Shown piece after piece: positions 8,876 to 17,577 of a stretch of 28,487 bases of DNA (position 1 is its first letter; every line of letters starts with the position of its first letter). Both the position numbers and the translations under genes were made by a program. This DNA is from a virus (taxonomy: Duplodnaviria > Caudoviricetes). The notes under the pieces are model-generated. The model ran no database searches. It was not told where the DNA came from and was given only the letters and a program-made list of their open reading frames with translations. The stretch covers positions 1 through 28,487 of the IMG/VR virus record IMGVR_UViG_3300011337_000054, one strand, 5' to 3'.

Positions 8876-10354
8876 ATGTTGATGCCACTCAAAATCCCAG
8901 CAGGCGTGTACCGCAACGGCACCGAGTACCAATCTCTTGGGCGCTGGTTCAATGCCAACCTGGTACGCTGGTTTGAGAACACACTCAGACCTGTTGGCGG
9001 CTGGCGCAAGCGGTCAGCAAGCCAGATGACGGGGAAGTGCAGGGGCATCATCAACTGGCGGGACAACAGCTCAACCCGGTGGATTGTGGCTGGCACTAAC
9101 ACCAAGCTGTATGTCATGAACCAAGCGGGTACCCTGAAGGACATCACACCAACGATATTCACACCAGGTGCTGCAGATGCGTCTTTGCTTGTTGGCTATG
9201 GCTACGGTAACTATGGTGCATTTGCATATGGTGTGGCGAGGCCGGACACTGGCGCCATCATCAACGCAGCCACCTGGTCAATGGACACCTGGGGTGAATA
9301 CTGGGTGGGCTGCTGCAACAGCGATGGTCAGTTGCTGGAGTGGCAGCTTGGGTTCGCAACGCCCACGAAAGCGGTGGCAATTGTCAATGCACCCACCAGC
9401 TGCGCGGCGGTGATGACAACCTCTGAGCGTTTTGTCTTTGCTCTGGGTGCCAGCGGTAATCCTCGCCTGGTGGCATGGTCTGATCAGGAGGACAACACCA
9501 CCTGGACACCAGCAGCCAACAATCAGGCAGGCAGCTTTGAGTTGACAACTGTCGGCTCTATTCTGGCGGGTAAGCGGGTGCGAGGCGTCAACCTGATATT
9601 CACTGACGTTGATGTCCACACCAGCAGCTACATTGGTCAGCCATTCGTGTTTAGCTTTGAGAAGGCTGGCTCTGGTTGCGGCTTGATTGGACCCCAGGCT
9701 GTAGCAGCTATCGACACCGCTGCCATCTGGATGAGCAGGTCAGGCTTCTGGATTTACGATGGCTACGTCAAGCCACTTCCAAGTGATGTCGGTGATTTTG
9801 TGTTTGGCAACATGAACTTTGAGCAGGCCAGCAAGGTCTACGCTGTACACAATAGCAAGTTTGGTGAAATCTGGTGGTTCTACACCAGCGCAGCCAGCAC
9901 CGAGAACGACAGTTACTGCATCTACAACTACAGGGAAAATCACTGGAGCCTTGGAACATTGGCAAGAACGGCTGGAGTTGACAAAGGAGTGTTTAATACG
10001 CCTCTGATGGTCAGCTCTGATGGCTACATCTATGAGCATGAGGTAGGGTTTGCCTACGACTCGCAGACCATCTTTGCTGAGTCAGGTCCGGTGGAGATTG
10101 GAAATGGTGAGCAGATCATGCAGGTCCGTAAGGTGATACCTGACGAGTCCAACCTTGGTGATGTCAGCATCAGCTTTAGCAGCCGTTTTTACCCGACAGC
10201 CACTGAAACGACTTACGGACCCTTCACCAGCGCCAACCCAACAGACGCCAGGTTTAGTGGACGCCAGGTCAAGATGAAGGTGACAGCAGACAGTTTGAGT
10301 GATTGGCGGGTCGGGGTGATGCGTTTGGATGCAGTGCCAGCCGGGAAGCGCTGA
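8876..10354 (+). CDS. Tail nozzle / packaged-DNA stabilisation protein (P22 gp10 / tubular protein B-like)
   Basis: About 490 aa, beta-rich and Trp-rich; VAWSDQEDNTTWTP, GCGLIGP and EIWWFY motifs; synteny. ATG at 8876 preferred over the overlapping upstream start. Confidence 0.8.
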   Translation: MLMPLKIPAGVYRNGTEYQSLGRWFNANLVRWFENTLRPVGGWRKRSASQMTGKCRGIINWRDNSSTRWIVAGTNTKLYVMNQAGTLKDITPTIFTPGAADASLLVGYGYGNYGAFAYGVARPDTGAIINAATWSMDTWGEYWVGCCNSDGQLLEWQLGFATPTKAVAIVNAPTSCAAVMTTSERFVFALGASGNPRLVAWSDQEDNTTWTPAANNQAGSFELTTVGSILAGKRVRGVNLIFTDVDVHTSSYIGQPFVFSFEKAGSGCGLIGPQAVAAIDTAAIWMSRSGFWIYDGYVKPLPSDVGDFVFGNMNFEQASKVYAVHNSKFGEIWWFYTSAASTENDSYCIYNYRENHWSLGTLARTAGVDKGVFNTPLMVSSDGYIYEHEVGFAYDSQTIFAESGPVEIGNGEQIMQVRKVIPDESNLGDVSISFSSRFYPTATETTYGPFTSANPTDARFSGRQVKMKVTADSLSDWRVGVMRLDAVPAGKR

Positions 10355-10560
10355 TGAAGGTTCCAACCCCACCGCCAACCTACACGCCAGTGGCAGAGGC
10401 CCAGCGTAACTTCCTGATTGAGACGGCAGATCGGCAAAACCGCAAGATCAATGCTGACGTTGAGATTGCCTCAAGCAAGCTGATTCTGACATCGCCAAAC
10501 GGGAGCAGGTTCAGTGTGGTTGTCAGCAACGCAGGAGCATTGTCGGCAACGGCGCTATGA
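10354..10560 (+). CDS. Small virion protein
   Basis: TGATG overlap; LILTSPNGSRFSVVVSNAGALS motif; position after the nozzle gene. Confidence 0.7.
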   Translation: MKVPTPPPTYTPVAEAQRNFLIETADRQNRKINADVEIASSKLILTSPNGSRFSVVVSNAGALSATAL

Positions 10561-10916
10561 CAGATATTGAGAGACTAAGGCCCGAGATAGAAAAAGCCTT
10601 AAAATATTCGTTAGAGACTCACACATTTGATGATGTCGTTGAGTTGGTCCAGCAAGCCAAGATGCAACTCTGGCCTGGAAAGAGTTCGGTGATTGTGACG
10701 GAGATTGTTCTCCACCCACAACAGAAATGCCTCAACTACTTTTTAGCAGCAGGCGAGATGGACGAATTAGCACTGATGACGCCAATGATCGAGTCCTGGG
10801 GCAAGGGACTTGGATGCACTCGCGTCACACTCGCAGGACGCAAGGGATGGCAGCGCACATTCCTGGCGAGTCAAGGTTACACACCGCAATGGTGGATTAT
10901 GAGTAAGGAGCTATAG
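10557..10916 (+). CDS. Acetyltransferase-fold virion assembly protein (T7 gp13/P22 gp14-like position)
   Basis: FLAAG...IESWGKGLGCTRVTLAGRKGWQR motif; lies between nozzle and ejection genes. Confidence 0.6.
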   Translation: MTDIERLRPEIEKALKYSLETHTFDDVVELVQQAKMQLWPGKSSVIVTEIVLHPQQKCLNYFLAAGEMDELALMTPMIESWGKGLGCTRVTLAGRKGWQRTFLASQGYTPQWWIMSKEL

Positions 10917-10917
10917 C

Positions 10918-12576
10918 ATGGCTGACATATCAATTTCAAACGCCTATCAACAGGTCTTAGGCCGCACACCAAGTGCTGAAGAAATTGCCTATTGGCAGTC
11001 TCAGTTTGGAAGCAGTGTTGACCCTGTTGAACTGTCCAACTTCAGCGTAGCAGCTCAACCAGAACTTAAAGCAGCAGCGCCAACAAATACAGCAGTTCGC
11101 GATATGTACCAGCAAGTGCTGGGCAGAGCGCCTGACGCCTCTGGCTTGCAGTACTTTGCTGACCGTTTTGGAACGTCTATTGACCCTACAGAGTTGGGCA
11201 TCTTCAAAAGCATGGCGGCTGAAGAAATTGCGGCTAATGCAGCAAAACAAACAGCCGCAGCGACACAAGCACCAACGCAAGCTCAACTCCAAGCAGCAGC
11301 GCAACAGGCAGAGGCAGCTAGAGCCGCAGCGACAGCCACCACAACAACTGGAATGTCTATTGCAAATGCCTACCAGCAAGTCTTGGGACGAGCGCCAAGT
11401 GCTGCTGAAATTGCCTACTGGACAACCCAATTTGGTGCTGACGTTGACGCAGCGGAACTGTCTAAATTTAGTGTGGCAGCTCAACCTGAGCGAGCAGCAG
11501 CCCCCACTACCAATGCTGCAATACGAAATCTCTATTTGTCTGTTCTAGGACGTGAGGCTGATGCAAGCGGACTGAAGTACTTCTCTGACCGTTTTGGTGC
11601 TGAAGTTGACGCAGATGAATTAGGCATCTTTAAGGGCATGGCAGCGCAAGAAATTGCGGCTAATGCTGCTAGGAACGCTAAAACTACAGCTACTACTGCT
11701 GGCGCAATCACCAGGCCAACAACACCAAGGCAAGTCACAGGCACCCAGCTTGCACCAGCGAGTGTGACCAACACCGCTATCACGGGTACGCCTTACACCA
11801 ACATCTACACGCCAGCAACAATGCAGCAGAATGCGCCTACGCTGGCGCAAATCAATGCTGCATCTCAATCGGCAAACCCCTATCAGTCCCTGATGGCTCT
11901 GACGCCACAACGCACAATCTCACCAGCGTATGCGGGAATGTTGGGGCAGACAGCTGCTAACACCAACCTTGGTGGTTACAACCCAGCCATTTACAACCCA
12001 GCGGCGGCAACAACAACAGCAACGGGTTTGCTGAACACTACTGGTGGTGGTAATGATGGCGGGATGGGCGGTGAAGGTGGAATAACGGGTGGGGGAGGTG
12101 GTATACCTGGGCTAAACATTGACCCGCTGGCCTATGGTATAGCACGGGTAGCAAATCTTTTCACCTCTCCTATTTCGCTTACCACGGCGCCAGTGACTAC
12201 TGCGACTTTTAATTCAACTCAAGCTGGCAGAGATTACGCTGGGGTATCGGGCAAATCAAGCTGGGGAAAATCAGGAAATGCAGACCAAGATATTGGCGGT
12301 GGCACTGTGGCTGGTGACGGTAATGGTCCATTTGGTGGCGCTGGAAATGGACCAGCAGGAATTGGCGGCGACTTTGGCCTCTACGCCAAGGGCGGCAAGG
12401 TCAACATGGCCCCGCAGATGAACAACCCACCTGGACCTGACGATGGCTATGCTGCCCTGGACAACGGCGAGTACGTTATCCGAAAGAGCGCAGTTAAGAA
12501 GTATGGGTCAAACATTTTTGAGCAAATCAACGCAGGCAAGATTCCAGCCCAGCGTCTGAAATCTCTGTTGGAGTAA
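10918..12576 (+). CDS. Probable internal virion protein with four DUF4214-like helical repeats
   Basis: Four copies of Y..VLGR.(P/A)....(I/L).Y(W/F)...FG, a Thr/Gly low-complexity middle, and C-terminal YAKGG...GPDD..AALDNGEYVIRKSAVKKYG. Confidence 0.7.
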   Translation: MADISISNAYQQVLGRTPSAEEIAYWQSQFGSSVDPVELSNFSVAAQPELKAAAPTNTAVRDMYQQVLGRAPDASGLQYFADRFGTSIDPTELGIFKSMAAEEIAANAAKQTAAATQAPTQAQLQAAAQQAEAARAAATATTTTGMSIANAYQQVLGRAPSAAEIAYWTTQFGADVDAAELSKFSVAAQPERAAAPTTNAAIRNLYLSVLGREADASGLKYFSDRFGAEVDADELGIFKGMAAQEIAANAARNAKTTATTAGAITRPTTPRQVTGTQLAPASVTNTAITGTPYTNIYTPATMQQNAPTLAQINAASQSANPYQSLMALTPQRTISPAYAGMLGQTAANTNLGGYNPAIYNPAAATTTATGLLNTTGGGNDGGMGGEGGITGGGGGIPGLNIDPLAYGIARVANLFTSPISLTTAPVTTATFNSTQAGRDYAGVSGKSSWGKSGNADQDIGGGTVAGDGNGPFGGAGNGPAGIGGDFGLYAKGGKVNMAPQMNNPPGPDDGYAALDNGEYVIRKSAVKKYGSNIFEQINAGKIPAQRLKSLLE

Positions 12577-12580
12577 CACC

Positions 12581-13702
12581 ATGAGCAAAAGCGGCAGCAG
12601 TCAAACAAGCACAACATCAATTGACCCGCAAATCAAAGCGGCTTATTTGCAGAACTTGCAGCAGGCGCAGGGTGTAGCCTCTGCATTACCCGTCAGAGAG
12701 TTTGCGGGATTCAACCCCATCTATCGTGCTGGTGAGCAGCAGCTGGTGAATACTGGTCTGGCTGGGCGTGGCATTGACACCACCAACATTGCCGCTGAAT
12801 ACGCAAACCAAGCGGCTCAGTTTCAGCCCTACTACACGGGCGGCGTCAATGCCGGGATGTCCAACCAGTTTGGTGCTGTGGGGTACAAGCCAACTGATGT
12901 CACTGCTGCTCAAGCGCAGATGTCAAATATCAGCAACTACCTGAACCCATACACCAACCAGGTCATCACCAACAATCTGGCAGACATTGAAGCCGCAAGA
13001 CGATCGGCGGTGCAGCAGATGGGTGAGGCTGCAACCAGGGCCAAGGCGTATGGCGGTACTCGCCAAGGTGTAGCGGAAGCTGCCACCAACAAAGCCTATG
13101 CGGACAAGGCGGCTCAAATGTCTGCACAGCTACGCCAGCAAGGGTTTGACACCAGCGCCAACCTAATGCAGCAAGACCTGGCACGACAGCAGCAGGCTAA
13201 TCTCCAAACAGCACAGCAAGGCACTGGTGCAGCGCAGTATGGTGCTGGTGCCATCAACCAGGCAATGATGGGCAATGCAGCAGCGCAGAACGAGATGCAA
13301 CGCTACAACGCAACCCTAGCCCAGCAAAGTGACCTTGCCAACCAGCAAGCCTACGCTGCCGCCAATGCTCAACGTCTGGCTGCAGCAGGCCAGCTAGGTG
13401 CCTTTGGTCAGCAGCAGCAAAACCTTGGCATGACAGGCGCACAGGCCGTGATGGGCGCAGGACAAGCGCAACAACAATTCACCCAGCAGCAACTCGATGC
13501 GTTGCGCGGCATTGGCGTGGAGAAGCTGGGCATTGCTCAAAGTGGATTATCGGCATCATTGCCAAACCTTGGCGGCAGCACTTCAACACCAACGTACAAG
13601 AATCCATTATCCAGCGCACTGGGTGGAGCTGGATACGGGTACCAGTTTGGCGGTCTTCCAGGTGCTGGCATTGGTGCAATACTTGGATTATTGGGGAGCT
13701 AA
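12581..13702 (+). CDS. DNA ejection / pilot protein
   Basis: MSKSGSSQTSTT start, YLNPYTNQVI and AYGGTRQGVAEA motifs, Gln/Ala-rich helices, Gly-rich hydrophobic C-terminus. Confidence 0.75.
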   Translation: MSKSGSSQTSTTSIDPQIKAAYLQNLQQAQGVASALPVREFAGFNPIYRAGEQQLVNTGLAGRGIDTTNIAAEYANQAAQFQPYYTGGVNAGMSNQFGAVGYKPTDVTAAQAQMSNISNYLNPYTNQVITNNLADIEAARRSAVQQMGEAATRAKAYGGTRQGVAEAATNKAYADKAAQMSAQLRQQGFDTSANLMQQDLARQQQANLQTAQQGTGAAQYGAGAINQAMMGNAAAQNEMQRYNATLAQQSDLANQQAYAAANAQRLAAAGQLGAFGQQQQNLGMTGAQAVMGAGQAQQQFTQQQLDALRGIGVEKLGIAQSGLSASLPNLGGSTSTPTYKNPLSSALGGAGYGYQFGGLPGAGIGAILGLLGS

Positions 13703-13705
13703 ATC

Positions 13706-15406
13706 ATGGCTGAATTCAATTTAGAAGGGCTGCTTGGAAACGCCTTTGGCGGTGGTGGTGGGAACTTCCTGGACGAGTACCTGACACCAGAGCAGAGGGC
13801 AGCCATGCAGCGCAATGCAATGCTGGCAGCGTCTGCGGCACTGCTGAAGGCTGGCGGGGAAAACACCAGGCGCATAGGCATTGGTGAGGCTCTAGGTGGT
13901 GCGTTTGAGGCAGGCCAAGCTGGGTACGAGAAGGCGCAGACGGGCGCGCTGACGCAGATGGCGTTGAAGCAAAAGCTGGATGAGGCGAAAAAGGCCAAGG
14001 AGTTAAATGCTCGACTTGCCAGCATCATGGGGTTATCAACACCTGGTGAGATGGAATCACCAGAGGTAACAGCCAGCAAACTGATGCAAATGGGACGAGC
14101 AGCAATAAATGCTGGAGACTTCACCCGAGGCTTTGATTTTTACAAGCAAGCTAGAGATATGAACCCTCGGGATGAGGTGCAGGGTGGCTTAACTTCGCTC
14201 ACAGATGAGGCTGGAAATCCCATCATGGTTCAGCAATTCAAAAGCGGAAAAATTGCCACCGCCCCAGGATACGGACCGCCAAGGGAGATGGTATTGCAGG
14301 ATGTTGGTGGAAAACTGATTGCTATTGATAAAAATGCTACAGCAACTGGTAGCGAATTTACTTTGGGTATGACGCCATACCAAAGATTTCAGTCAAATGC
14401 TGAGTTGCAGAAGCTTGGCATGAGTAGAGAGGAACTGGACGCCAAACTGAAGAATGATGCACAGCGACTAAGCATCAGCGAAAGAGAGCTGGCATTGGCT
14501 GTTAAACGCTTCGGTTTGAGTGAGGCTGAATTTGCAAGAGGAAACTATGAGGTAAAAGAAGCAGACAACGGAACCTTAATGTACGTTTCAAAGGTGCCTG
14601 GTATGCCTGCCATTCCAGTTCTTGGTGCTGGTGGTAATCCATTGACAGTTGGAATTTCGCCAGCGGAACAAGCAAGACTGAATATTTCTCTTGAGCAGCT
14701 TGGATTAAGCAAGCAACAGTTTGATCAAAAAGTCAAGCAAGATGCACTGAGAATGGGCATTGACCAGCAGAACCTTGGCCTTGCATTGAAACGCTACAAC
14801 TTGAGCGCAGCCGAATTTGCGCGTGGCAACTACTCTGTCAAGGAAACAGAAGCAGGATTCTCCTACGTTCCAACCGTGCCAGGACTGCCAACTATCCCCA
14901 TTATGAGTGGTGGTGAGCCACTGAAGGGTAAGGGAAGTAGTGCGTTAACTGAAAGTCAATCCAATGCGTTTGGCTTTGCCCAGCGGATGGAGAGGGTCAA
15001 CGGCATCCTTACACCGCTTGAGGCAGCAGGTTCCTATCCAGGTGTAGGGTCTGCTGTGGCTGGATCAATGCCATTGATCGGCGGTACTGTTCAAAGAACT
15101 GTGCAAAACGCTGATGTTCAGCGTTACCAGCAGGCAGCAAGTGATTGGATAAGAGCCAAACTCCGCAAGGAGTCTGGTGCTGCTATTGGCGCAGAGGAGG
15201 CCAAACAAGAGTACAGCACCTACTTCCCAATGCCGGGTGACAGCGCAGCGGTTATTGAGCAAAAACGACAGGCTAGAGTACTTGCAACTGACGCCATGAA
15301 AACATCAGCAGGTAAAACTTACACCTCACCAGCGCCAGTGGTGCCTGGGGCTGGTGGTGCAGGATTGACCTGGGACCCTGCTCAAAAGAAATTTGTGAAC
15401 CGATAG
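13706..15406 (+). CDS. DNA ejection / internal virion protein with an internal 95-aa repeat
   Basis: Helical Ala/Gly-rich protein; LRKESGAAIGAEE...YFPMPGDS motif; synteny. Confidence 0.7.
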   Translation: MAEFNLEGLLGNAFGGGGGNFLDEYLTPEQRAAMQRNAMLAASAALLKAGGENTRRIGIGEALGGAFEAGQAGYEKAQTGALTQMALKQKLDEAKKAKELNARLASIMGLSTPGEMESPEVTASKLMQMGRAAINAGDFTRGFDFYKQARDMNPRDEVQGGLTSLTDEAGNPIMVQQFKSGKIATAPGYGPPREMVLQDVGGKLIAIDKNATATGSEFTLGMTPYQRFQSNAELQKLGMSREELDAKLKNDAQRLSISERELALAVKRFGLSEAEFARGNYEVKEADNGTLMYVSKVPGMPAIPVLGAGGNPLTVGISPAEQARLNISLEQLGLSKQQFDQKVKQDALRMGIDQQNLGLALKRYNLSAAEFARGNYSVKETEAGFSYVPTVPGLPTIPIMSGGEPLKGKGSSALTESQSNAFGFAQRMERVNGILTPLEAAGSYPGVGSAVAGSMPLIGGTVQRTVQNADVQRYQQAASDWIRAKLRKESGAAIGAEEAKQEYSTYFPMPGDSAAVIEQKRQARVLATDAMKTSAGKTYTSPAPVVPGAGGAGLTWDPAQKKFVNR

Positions 15407-15415
15407 GAATTTATC

Positions 15416-17257
15416 ATGGCACAAGTCATTAACGTTCTTGGCTACGGTGATGTCTCATTCCCTGACGGGATGAGCATGGAGGAGATTACCAAGGCACTGG
15501 AGCAGTTGCCACCAGCGCCAGGCTCAAGGTCAATGCCAGATGAATTAACTCGACAAGCTGGGCTGGCTACGAGGCCAATGGTGCAGTCTGCGATGACTGT
15601 TGGTGGGCTGCTGCCAATGGCGGTGGACCCGCTGGTGAACTTGTTCAATCTGGCGACAGGGACAAAGCTCCCAACAATGACGCAGGCAACTCAGACAAAC
15701 CTCAACCGCATGGGTTTCCCAGAGCCTGAGACTGCCCAGCAGCGGGTGGCGCAGGACATTGCAAGTGCTGGCTATGGCACTGCTGGAGTTGCTAGGGCTG
15801 CCGCAGAGGTTGCCCCTAGGTTGCCGGGAATGCTAAGTGAGGCCGCTAAATTCTTCGCGCAAAGCCCACAGGCACAGTCAGCAGCGGCGGTGTCAGCAGC
15901 AACCGTTGGAGGTGCATTGCGGGAGGGTGGTGCTAACCCCTACGCTCAGATGGGCGGTGCATTGATGGCTGGTATGGTGGCCCCTGGAGGGCCAACACTG
16001 TCCACCACACAACGAGCCTTGTCAGTGCCTGGTGGGTTGGTTAAGCCGTTCACGCAAGAGGGCCGGGAGGTCATTGTCGGGAATGTGCTGAACCGCCTTG
16101 CCACCAACCCAGAGCAGGCCATGAGGAACATGGCTGAGTCTGCGCCACTGGTGCCAGGTGTACGTCCAACGGCGGCTGGCACAGCGCGTGACCCTGGCCT
16201 TGCTGGTGCAGAGACACCATTACGCTCACCAACCTTTGATCCGTCCAACCTCTTTGGTCAGCAGATCAACCAAAATCAAGAGGCTATCCTCAACGCCTTC
16301 CGACAGATCGGTGGCAAGCCAGGCTCTATCCCCTACGCTGAAGCCAAGCGTTCAGCCATCACAACACCGATGCGTGAGGCAGCATTTGAAGGCGTAACTG
16401 TTAGCCCTGAGACATTCCAAAGTGGAATTCAATTAGTGGTAAATCAAGCTATCAACAATGTAATGTCTAGTCCTGTTGGGGTTCGTAAGGACGTTGAGAC
16501 AGCTATGAAATTTGCCGTAGATCGTGTGAAGTTAGCAAAGACTCCAGAGGAGTTATACGAAGTTCGCAAGGATTTGGCTAAAGCAGCGCAAGGAGCATAC
16601 AACCAAGAGAATCCTAGCCTAAGACTTGCAAGCGGTCAGTTAAAGGAAGTCATTGCAGCGGCAGATGATGTGATTGAAGCTGCTGCTCCTGGCTATGCTG
16701 CTTACATGGCAAAGTACAAAAAATCTTCCAGTGCCATAGACCAGATGCGTCTGCTGCAGGGCATTGAGGCCAAGATCACAACCGGACTGCCCAACATCAG
16801 TACGGGTAACCCGGTCCTGGCGGCATCAGCACTTCGCAGGCAGCTTGCTGCTGCACAGGATGAACTAGGCACCCAGCTATCACCATCAGCGCAGAGCAAG
16901 CTGGACAACATCATCAACGAGATCAATAGGGGCATGGCGGCAACTGCGCCAGGTGTAAAACCACCAGGCTCAAACACCTTCCAGAACATGAGCATGGGCA
17001 ACCTCATTGGGCGGGTGTTCAGCGAGTCCCTGGCTGATAACACCACGCTCCGCACCATGACAAGGCCGCTGGATTGGCTCTACAAGCTGCCTGATCAGCA
17101 AGTGCAGCAGTTGCTGGTGCAGGCCATGCTGGACCCCAAACTGGCGGCACAGATGATGGCAAAGGCGAATATCATGCGGGTGGAGCCACTGGCAACATCA
17201 CTGCGCCAGAAGGCACAGCAACTAGGTTTTGGAACTTTAATAGGAGCATCACAATGA
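15416..17257 (+). CDS. DNA ejection / internal virion protein
   Basis: VSFPDGMSMEEITKAL N-terminus, Ala/Gly-rich hydrophobic segments, C-terminal AMLDPKLAAQMM; synteny. Confidence 0.7.
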   Translation: MAQVINVLGYGDVSFPDGMSMEEITKALEQLPPAPGSRSMPDELTRQAGLATRPMVQSAMTVGGLLPMAVDPLVNLFNLATGTKLPTMTQATQTNLNRMGFPEPETAQQRVAQDIASAGYGTAGVARAAAEVAPRLPGMLSEAAKFFAQSPQAQSAAAVSAATVGGALREGGANPYAQMGGALMAGMVAPGGPTLSTTQRALSVPGGLVKPFTQEGREVIVGNVLNRLATNPEQAMRNMAESAPLVPGVRPTAAGTARDPGLAGAETPLRSPTFDPSNLFGQQINQNQEAILNAFRQIGGKPGSIPYAEAKRSAITTPMREAAFEGVTVSPETFQSGIQLVVNQAINNVMSSPVGVRKDVETAMKFAVDRVKLAKTPEELYEVRKDLAKAAQGAYNQENPSLRLASGQLKEVIAAADDVIEAAAPGYAAYMAKYKKSSSAIDQMRLLQGIEAKITTGLPNISTGNPVLAASALRRQLAAAQDELGTQLSPSAQSKLDNIINEINRGMAATAPGVKPPGSNTFQNMSMGNLIGRVFSESLADNTTLRTMTRPLDWLYKLPDQQVQQLLVQAMLDPKLAAQMMAKANIMRVEPLATSLRQKAQQLGFGTLIGASQ

Positions 17258-17568
17258 GCAAGCTATCTCGGGACGACAACGGTCAGATCACAATCTTTGG
17301 CGCACTTGGCACCACCCAGGTGATGACAGTCACAGCCAGCAGTGTGCAGTCAACGGCAGTGGCGACAGGCGTCACCATACTGCGCCTGGCGAACGGCTCT
17401 GCAGCGCACTGCCACTTTGCCATTGGAGCCAGCCCTACCGCCAGCCTGACCACCTCGCCGATGCTGCCAGCGAATGCCGTGGAGTATGTGGCCTGCGCGA
17501 GTGGTGACAAGGTGGCTGTCATTCGTGGCGCTACTGCCACCGATGTGTCCATCACGCAGATCAGCTAG
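17254..17568 (+). CDS. Hypothetical beta-rich protein, probably virion-associated
   Basis: 104 aa; ATGA overlap with the upstream gene. Confidence 0.7.
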   Translation: MSKLSRDDNGQITIFGALGTTQVMTVTASSVQSTAVATGVTILRLANGSAAHCHFAIGASPTASLTTSPMLPANAVEYVACASGDKVAVIRGATATDVSITQIS

Positions 17569-17577
17569 GGGCGCATC

